Under the pieces are notes generated by a model. It worked only from the letters and a program-made list of their open reading frames with translations. It was not told where the DNA came from and did not search any database. Positions 10,291 through 17,489 of a DNA stretch of 17,489 bases are shown piece by piece (within the stretch, counting starts at the first letter, position 1; every line of letters begins with the position of its first letter). A program made the position numbers and the translations under genes. Origin of the DNA: Tubiluchus corallicola (lineage: Eukaryota; Animalia; Priapulida); assembly GCA_030141605.1 (NCBI GenBank), contig JAQGDQ010002027.1, positions 1-17,489 on the forward strand. The letters run 5' to 3'.

Positions 10291-10679
10291 AAATATTGTT
10301 GCTAATAAAAAACTCATTATTGTGGAATGCTAAATATTAAACGCTAGGGGTCGGGTCGAGCGAACATGTAAAGTGTTAATATTTTTAACAACTTAGTAGT
10401 AGTAAAAAAATTGTTGGTGTTTCGAATAGTTTTTAATTTTAAACTTTTTTTCACTTGCAAGAAAGCATCGTAATTGAACATAGATGTAAATTTATTATTA
10501 TAGAATTATCTATTGTTTTTGTCGTTGCATTCATGACTTGTTCAGTTGTTGTTTTAATATTTAACTTCATTATTTGCTTGCTTTTTGTCCATTGGTATAA
10601 TTATAATATAACTGCTTTGCATTTCGTTTCTATGCTGCACTTAAGACTTAACCACGCATTATTCACTTAACCATGTAGT

Positions 10680-10847
10680 CTGAGGTGATTTATAATATTC
10701 CTAAGTTATATAGGGGTGGCTGACTCGATGACCTCCTGGTCTTTCGCCACCCCATCTCTACACACTTTACATAATTTGTTGTATTTGCGCTATAAATATT
10801 ATATTAGAGCTAAATAAAACCTTTGAATTGAATTAAATTGAATTGAA
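10680..10847 (+). mobile_element. LINE/SINE-type 3' end (5' boundary unknown)
   Basis: Stem-loop ggggtggc (10713-10720) / gccacccc (10746-10753), AATAAA 10813-10818 and a (TTGAA)x5 tail 10823-10847. This is the layout of CR1/L2-clade 3' termini. Confidence 0.55.
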
Positions 10848-10860
10848 TCTATATACTTAC

Positions 10861-10896
10861 AATAAACGCACACAAAAATATTATTCGCTTGCTCAT
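10861..10896 (-). CDS. First coding exon (MSKRIIFLCAFI) of the same gene. The whole exon is 10861-10924, including 28 nt of 5'UTR
   Basis: Minus strand reads tttttcctttatttttcAG|ataaaagagaaagaaaagaccaggaaaaATG AGC AAG CGA ATA ATA TTT TTG TGT GCG TTT ATT|GTAAGT. It has a consensus acceptor and donor, A at -3, and phase 0 matching the 6699 exon. The joined peptide MSKRIIFLCAFILASCSG/EDK is a typical n-h-c signal peptide. The acceptor implies a further upstream non-coding exon. Confidence 0.88.
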
Positions 10897-11446
10897 TTTT
10901 CCTGGTCTTTTCTTTCTCTTTTATCTGAAAAATAAAGGAAAAATTTTGGAAAGAAATGCGGTATAAAACATTTAAGCTAAATTGAGAAATCTGAGCCGTT
11001 TGAGTGGAAGCAATTCTCTTTATAGCATCTCAATGCGGAAGCCTAAGTATAGAATAGTAGGTCTGTAGGATACAGGTAATTCTGTAATTACTGCCAGACA
11101 TCAATGCTATCCGTTCCTGGTGGTGTACTATGAATGAGGCATTAAACAAATAGATCTTGGATTGTGCTTTATTCGAAATCTACTAGCGCAAGGAATCTTC
11201 TTCAAAATGGCGGCATTGTTCAGCGGTTAAATCCGACGAGCACGCTGTTGTTGTCATTGTTATGATTGTTACGGATTTTACAATTTGAAAGCAGTCATTG
11301 TTAACTCACCTGCTGTACATCGTAGCATATTAATTTTCAGAACAAATAACTCCTGCTGTATTTGTAAAATAATTAAACAAAATATAGGTTGGACGTTTGT
11401 AGAAACGTTGTATTGTCAAAATTCGAAATTTTTCCCCAAGAGAAAG

Positions 11447-11622
11447 AAACAACTTTTATTAAAAACTTTAAAATGTAAAATACTAAAAACACGTTAAACG
11501 TTTCGACCTGCAGTCATCGTCACACTTTGTATAAATTGTACCACACTGAGGATGACTACAAGTCGGAACGTTTAACGTGTTTTTAGTATTTTACATTTTA
11601 AAGTTTTTAATAAAAGTTGTTT
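11447..11622. mobile_element. Long inverted repeat (76-bp arms, 24-bp spacer), probable Penelope-like element pLTR remnant with minimal hammerhead motifs
   Basis: 11447-11502 and 11567-11622 are perfectly complementary (56 bp), with a further 16/20 match inward. Each arm reads (C/G)TGANGA-T-GAC-5nt-GTC-G(A/G)AACGTT ... AATAAA. The inverted repeat is certain, and the Penelope assignment is an inference. Confidence 0.7.
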
Positions 11623-11708
11623 TTTTGGTAATTTCTGTGGAGCAACTGTATCAATAGTCTTTGTCCGTAAACGCTGTCCAGAAACAGGAAAGTATAATTG
11701 CGTGGGTG

Positions 11709-11943
11709 CAGGGCCTATTTCAGCCTAAGCGAGGCCCGGGGAAGTGGGGCGTGTGAGGCCTCTTCGGGGAGGGGGCGAAGCGCAAGGAAATTTTTGAACT
11801 GCTAGAACGCCGGAGAAGCATTTTCGAAGAGAAAATATGGAGTGCTACAGTTGTTAAAGGAAAGAATAATTGAAAGAAAAACTGCTTTATTCTCAAGACC
11901 AGTCCTTAATATTTGTCAATACTGGCAAACGGCGCACGTACGG

Positions 11944-12016
<73 letters not shown>

Positions 12017-12119
12017 GCAGTATGTTCGCATAAAGCAAAAATAATGTTACCTCGGCGCGAGGCTCCCCTGGAGGGTGAGGGCCCGTGAAGTATGCCCACT
12101 TCCCCTGAAATAGGCCCTG
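11709..12119. mobile_element. Non-autonomous hAT MITE, 411 bp, carrying an internal (GA)n
   Basis: Perfect 15-bp TIRs CAGGGCCTATTTCAG (11709-11723) and CTGAAATAGGCCCTG (12105-12119). The 8-bp TSD cgtgggtg / cgtgggcg matches 7/8, with the difference at a CpG. Subterminal ggggaagtggg / cccacttcccc are complementary. Confidence 0.92.
11946..12013 (+). repeat. (AG)n microsatellite within the MITE
   Basis: About 34 perfect AG units. Confidence 0.97.
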
Positions 12120-13306
12120 CGTGGGCGTGAATTTCATTAAAAAAATGTCGAGTACCTAGACCCACTCCGTCATCGTCTTTAATGCTATCAGTTCCACTTG
12201 TTGCGTCTTCTGTTTGAAATTCGGCACGGTACAGATATGCACTAAGGAAATGAATATCTATTACTGTACAGAAATTTATGTGCCACGTATTATGCACATC
12301 ATTGCACATAATTTTGCTGAACTATATATGAGGTGGAGCAAAAAAAGTGTGCCGATCACGATATTATCAGAAAGTAACAGCTGAATGGGTTGGAAATTAC
12401 CACACAGACGTTACAGGCCCAAATTCTGGATCATTCTCTTAGGTTTTTTGCAAAAAACACAGAAGTTTTAGATGTTTTAGACGTTTTACAGATTGCTCAA
12501 ACTGTACGCATCAAAATTATTCTGTAATGTAATTTGCACATGTATATGCTGCATAAGAATCTCTTTTGTAATTTCTGGATTATATTGCATTTATATTTAT
12601 ATTTACTTCAGTGAAATTATCTGTATTATTATTATTATAACTGTTAGATGCAGAGTGGAAATAAATAAACTTATAACTTATAACAACAATCCAAAAAATA
12701 AATACCTGAAATAACTGTAGCATAAATGTTAAAATTTACAACAAGTTCATTGTTTACACTTTTTCCAACTTTTATTTCAACAGCCGGCACAGTTTCTCAC
12801 GTCTTTAAGGGGTATTTCAACATTCAACATTTTTCACCTTTACTTCAGCTAGTACTAGTAGTAATTTATCGTCAAAAGACCAAATAAATTCGACAATCAC
12901 AAAAATTAATCATCAAAAGTGATTAACAAAACTCTACACATGTACCTGCCGAGCTGATAACAAAGTTCACGTGAATCAGTACAATACAATAAGACACTGT
13001 ACAAAAATACAATGTTCCTTGTGTATACATATATAAACAAACTCAACATGACGCCTTACTACTACTTACGACGTCTACATCAAACAAGTAATTAAGGATG
13101 ACTTCATTAGACAGCAAATGTCAGGAGTATTATGATACGTGTTACTAAACTAGCGGTTGTAATATTGCTATCTTGTATTTTGAATTAGTAATTTGTATTG
13201 TGTTTAGAGTAATTTTATTTTATTAGAAAATTTGCAAAATTTATATTTATGCTAATGTTGTACCTGCAAATAGAGGTTTTAATAATAAGGATTTTAAATA
13301 AGTAAA

Positions 13307-13757
13307 TCTCTCTCCCCCATCTCTCTCTCTCTCACCCCCTCTCTCTCTCTCTCTCTCACTCCTCTCTCTCTTATTCTCGCTCTCTCCCCCTCTCTCTCTC
13401 TTTCCCCTCTCTCTCTCTCTCGCTCTCTCTCTCTCTCTCATTCTCTCTCTCTCTCCCCGCTCTCTCTCTCTCCCCCTCTCTCTCACTCCTCTCTCTCTGA
13501 CTCTCTCTCTCTCCCCCCTCTTTCTCCCCTCTGTCTCTCTTATTCTCTCTCTCTCACTCTCTCTATCTCTCTCTCTCTATCTCTCTCTCACTCCTCTCTC
13601 TCACTCTCTCTATCTCTCCCCCTCTTTCTCCCCTCTCTCTCTCTCTCACTCCTCTCCCTCTATTTCTCTCTCTGACCCCCCCATCTCTCTGCCTCTCTCT
13701 CTCACTCCTCTCTCTCTCACTCTCTCTCTCTCTCCCCCCTCTCTCTCTCTCTCACTC
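13307..13757 (+). repeat. Degenerate (CT)n polypyrimidine tract, ~450 bp
   Basis: CT repeats interrupted by C-runs, ctcact and ttattc. Confidence 0.95.
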
Positions 13758-14501
13758 GATTATTCAGTTGTTGATTAGCAGACATCTTCCCTCAATTTTT
13801 AACACGCAAGAACTTTTCGCTCGTAACTTATTAACTACTAAAACTACAAACATGAAAAGTCAATGTACTGTAATATCGCAGTGTGAAACTTCGTTTTTGT
13901 ATTGCACTAATATTATTGAGGCACAAACTTCGGCACATTTTTTCTGCGCCACCCGATACTGAATGTTCTGGAAAGAACGAGGAAGTAAAAGAGAAGGAGG
14001 GGGAGAGGGAGAGACATGCACTTTCACAGCACACTACCTACTGTAACTTTACTTCAGTAAATAATGGCAGCGAAAGGTGTAATCAGAAACTTATTTATAA
14101 TGTTGATTCTGAGAATTACATTATATGGAAATTTATGTATCTAAAATAACGTCTTTTCACTACGTCTGTTACTTGCTGAAACAAAACTCAACATTGTTAG
14201 ATACTTGTAAAAAGTTTAACAGATTTGAAACTCTCTAAAACGAGACAATGACATGGACCGTCGGCTCTCTGCCATCCGCCCAGCAAATTCTGTACTATCA
14301 GGGAGAGAACACGGAAGAGAAGAGATTACTTAGGTTAACAATGCATAGAGACCTCCCCGGTGCGTAGCTTATTGTTGTATTCAGACGAGTGGTTTAATTG
14401 CTGACCAGTAGACATTCCGAATTACCGGACACACGCTGATGAGTCAGGCCATTTTCTTTTGATGATTTGTAGCGAAGAAATAAGCCCTTATAAGATAAAG
14501 T

Positions 14502-15769
14502 CACTACATTAGATTATACTATACTACACTAGTGAAAGAGTGTACAGCACTACACTACACTGTACTGCACAGCACTACACTACACTACACTACACTGCAC
14601 TACACTACACTACACTACACTACACTACACTACACTACACTACACTACACTACACTACACTATGCTACACTACGATACGCTACACTGCACTACACTACAC
14701 TACACTATACTACACTAACTACACTGTACTGTACTGTACTGTACTGTACTGTACTACACTGTACTGTACTGTACTGTACTGTACTGAACTGTACTGTATT
14801 GTACTTCACTACACTACTCTACACTACACTACACTACACTACACTACACTACACTACACTACACTACACTACACTACACTACACTACACTACACTACACT
14901 ACACTACACTACACTACACTACACTACACTACACTAACCTACACTACATTACACTAACCTACACTACACTACACTAACCTACAGTGTACTGCACTGTACT
15001 GTACTGTACTGTACTGTACTGTACTACACTACACTACACTACACTACACTACACTACACTACACTACACTACAGTACACTTCACTACATTACACTAACCT
15101 ACACTACAGTACACTAACCTACACTACACTATACTACACTGTATTGTACTGTACTGTACTACACTACACTACACCACACTACGTTTTACTACACTACACT
15201 ACACTATACTACAGTGTACTGTACTGTATTGTACTGTACTACACTACACTACACTACACTACACTACACTACACTACACTACACTACACTACACTACACT
15301 ACACTACACTACACTACACTACACTACACTACACTACACTACACTACACTACACTACACTACACTACACTACACTACACTACACTACACTACACTACACT
15401 ACACTACACTACACTACACTACACTACACTACACTACACTACACTACACTACACTACACTACACTACACTACACTACACTACACTACACTACACTACATT
15501 ACACTAACCTACACTACACTACACTAACCTACACTACACTATACTACACTGTATTGTACTGTACTGTACTACACTACACTACACCACACTACGTTATACT
15601 ACACTACACTACACTATACTACAGTGTACTGTACTGTATTGTACTGTACTACACTACACTACACTACACTACACTACACTACACTACACTACACTACACT
15701 ACACTACACTACACTACACTACACTACACTACACTACACTACACTACACTACACTACACTACACTACAC
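14502..15769 (+). repeat. Compound pentanucleotide array (ACTAC)n / (ACTGT)n, ~1.27 kb
   Basis: Long ACTAC runs with GTACT blocks and ACTAACCTAC variants. A variant block is repeated at 15131 and 15541. Confidence 0.97.
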
Positions 15770-15928
15770 AAAACTACACGAATGACGTCAACGACAACAG
15801 TTGCAAAAACGATATTCTAAACGAATAAACAGCAACAATTACAACGAAAGCCATTATTAACAGCAACAATACCACAACGTAAACAGTAATAGTTGTCATA
15901 ACAACACAATATTATCATGGCTATGATG

Positions 15929-16897
15929 ACTCTAGTAGAAACAATAACTGTAGCAGAAACAATAACGCTAGCAGAAACAATAACTCTAGCAGAAACAATA
16001 ACTGTAGCAGAAACAATAACGCTAGCAGAAACAATAACTCTAACAGAAACAATAACTTTAACAGAAACAATAACTCTAACAGAAACAATAACTCTAACAG
16101 AAACAATAACTCTAACAGAAACAATAACGCTAGCAGAAACAATAACTCTAGCAGAAACAATAACTCTAGCAGAAACAATAACTCTAGCAGAAACAATAAC
16201 GCTAGCAGAAACAATAACTCTAGTAGAAACAATAACGCTAGCAGAAACAATAACTCTAACAGAAACAATAACGCTAGCAGAAACAATAACTCTAACAGAA
16301 AAAATAACTCTAACAGAAAAAATAACTCTAACAGAAACAATAACGCTAGTAGAAACAATAACTCTAGTAGAAACAATAACGCTAGCAGAAACAATAACTC
16401 TAACAGAAACAATAACGCTAGTAGAAACAATAACGCTAGCAGAAACAATAACGCTAGCAGAAACAATAACTCTAACAGAAACAATAACTCTAACAGAAAC
16501 AATAACTCTAACAGAAACAATAACTCTAACAGAAACAATAACTCTAACAGAAACAATAACGCTAGCAGAAACAATAACTCTAGCAGAAACAATAACGCTA
16601 GCAGAAACAATAACGCTAGTAGAAACAATAACTCTAGCAGAAACAATAACTCTAACAGAAACAATAACGCTAGCAGAAACAATAACTCTAACAGAAACAA
16701 TAACGCTAGTAGAAACAATAACTCTAACAGAAACAATAACTCTAACAGAAACAATAACTCTAACAGAAACAATAACGCTAGCAGAAACAATAACGCTAAC
16801 AGAAACAATAACTCTAACAGAAACAATAACTCTAACAGAAACAATAACGCTAGTAGAAACAATAACGCTAGTAGAAACAATAACTCTAGCAGAAACG
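15929..16897 (+). repeat. 18-bp minisatellite, ~54 copies, spanning a 327-codon ORF (ETITL[A/T/V])n
   Basis: Unit ac(t/g)cta(gc/ac/gt)agaaacaata with no indels. Coding status is unsupported. Confidence 0.95.
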
Positions 16898-17489
16898 TAA
16901 CACTGAGTATCGTCAATTTTGCAAGCAATTTCTCAGTTTCATCACATATTTAATCCTTGGATTAAGTTTATAAACAGGACAAGATTAGCAGCTGGTTGTT
17001 CGGTTATTCGAATTAAAATGCGTTTTGCATTACCGGTTAATTTGACTTTAGTAACCCATTGACGCCAGTTCATTGACTTACTTTCCAGATTATTAGCAGT
17101 CATTCCTGGCATTACAGACTTGACCCTGTTTGTGTTACATTCCAGCAATGCTACAGTATGCACAAAGACAGTATTGTTCATTCTAGAAGCGTTTGTTTTG
17201 CACAAATGAACCACTTCTGTGAGAAATCCTTCAATCCAACTTTAGTTGCAGAGGCAGAGAAGTGAACGCCAGACTGATATAAATACACATTTCTTTATTT
17301 TGCAGTGTAGGTGGGTAAAGATAGCTCCTAGTAAGTTGGTACCAATAAACTGCAACATAATTTTACTCTTGAGATTCGGTTATAACATGTTCTGTATTAA
17401 AGTCACATGTAAAAAAGTCACAGGTAAAAGGCCCCAGGAAAAGTCACAGCAAAAAGACACAAGAAAAAAAGAAATAACACTAACCCTAG

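Larger units (their letters stand above)
6700..10860 (-). other. Phase-0 GT-AG intron (4161 bp) splitting the signal peptide
   Basis: GTAAGT donor at 10860-10855 and polypyrimidine+CAG acceptor at about 6712-6700. The interior is filled with TE remnants and tandem repeats. Confidence 0.82.

Noticed and set aside
11842-13486. Small ORFs over the MITE (GA)n and the (CT)n tract
   Set aside because: Microsatellite-derived, mostly with non-ATG starts.
14532-15820. (HYTTL)n / (YCTVL)n ORFs
   Set aside because: Translations of 5-bp repeats, open in several frames, with no gene signals.
15921-16928. Minus-strand Leu-rich 335-aa ORF
   Set aside because: Antisense reading of the 18-bp minisatellite with a non-ATG start.
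16942-17250. 90-aa minus ORF and upstream WIEGFLTE, faintly like the LINE RT motif WI..FL..R
   Set aside because: The match is too short, the downstream RT motifs are absent and no convincing exon boundaries were found.
17400-17489. Short aaaagtcacag repeats and a final taaccct (telomere-like)
   Set aside because: Only about 3 degenerate copies and one hexamer at the window edge. It may be the start of another repeat element but cannot be called.

Overview
Eukaryotic, AT-rich, repeat-dense animal genomic DNA. A marine invertebrate such as a mollusc or annelid is my inference from repeat and protein style, not proven. The one clear gene is on the minus strand and is spliced. A 64-nt exon (10861-10924) carries the true ATG (MSKRIIFLCAFI) and joins in phase 0 to a 3.3-kb terminal coding exon (6699-3376). 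The product is a ~1119-aa secreted, Cys/Trp-free (after the signal peptide), modular low-complexity protein with blocks S-rich, (xHQQQ)n, S/T/P, Q/N/Y/G/R, P/G/Y, a K/E/D block containing EYEYEYEY and PDYPDYPDY, and a G/Y/P tail. It resembles shell-matrix, adhesive or other structural biomaterial proteins. The ORF-track start at 6720 is intronic. Around and inside the gene are two hAT-type MITEs, three LINE 3' ends in the intron (all antisense to the gene, one with a 14-bp TSD and a 6x74-bp array), a 76-bp-arm inverted repeat with Penelope-type minimal hammerhead ribozyme motifs, a TATA/bZIP motif cluster in the intron, and large simple or minisatellite arrays ((GA)n, (CT)n, (ACTAC)n, 20-bp, 56-bp, 18-bp). 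Most other listed ORFs are repeat or shadow artefacts.
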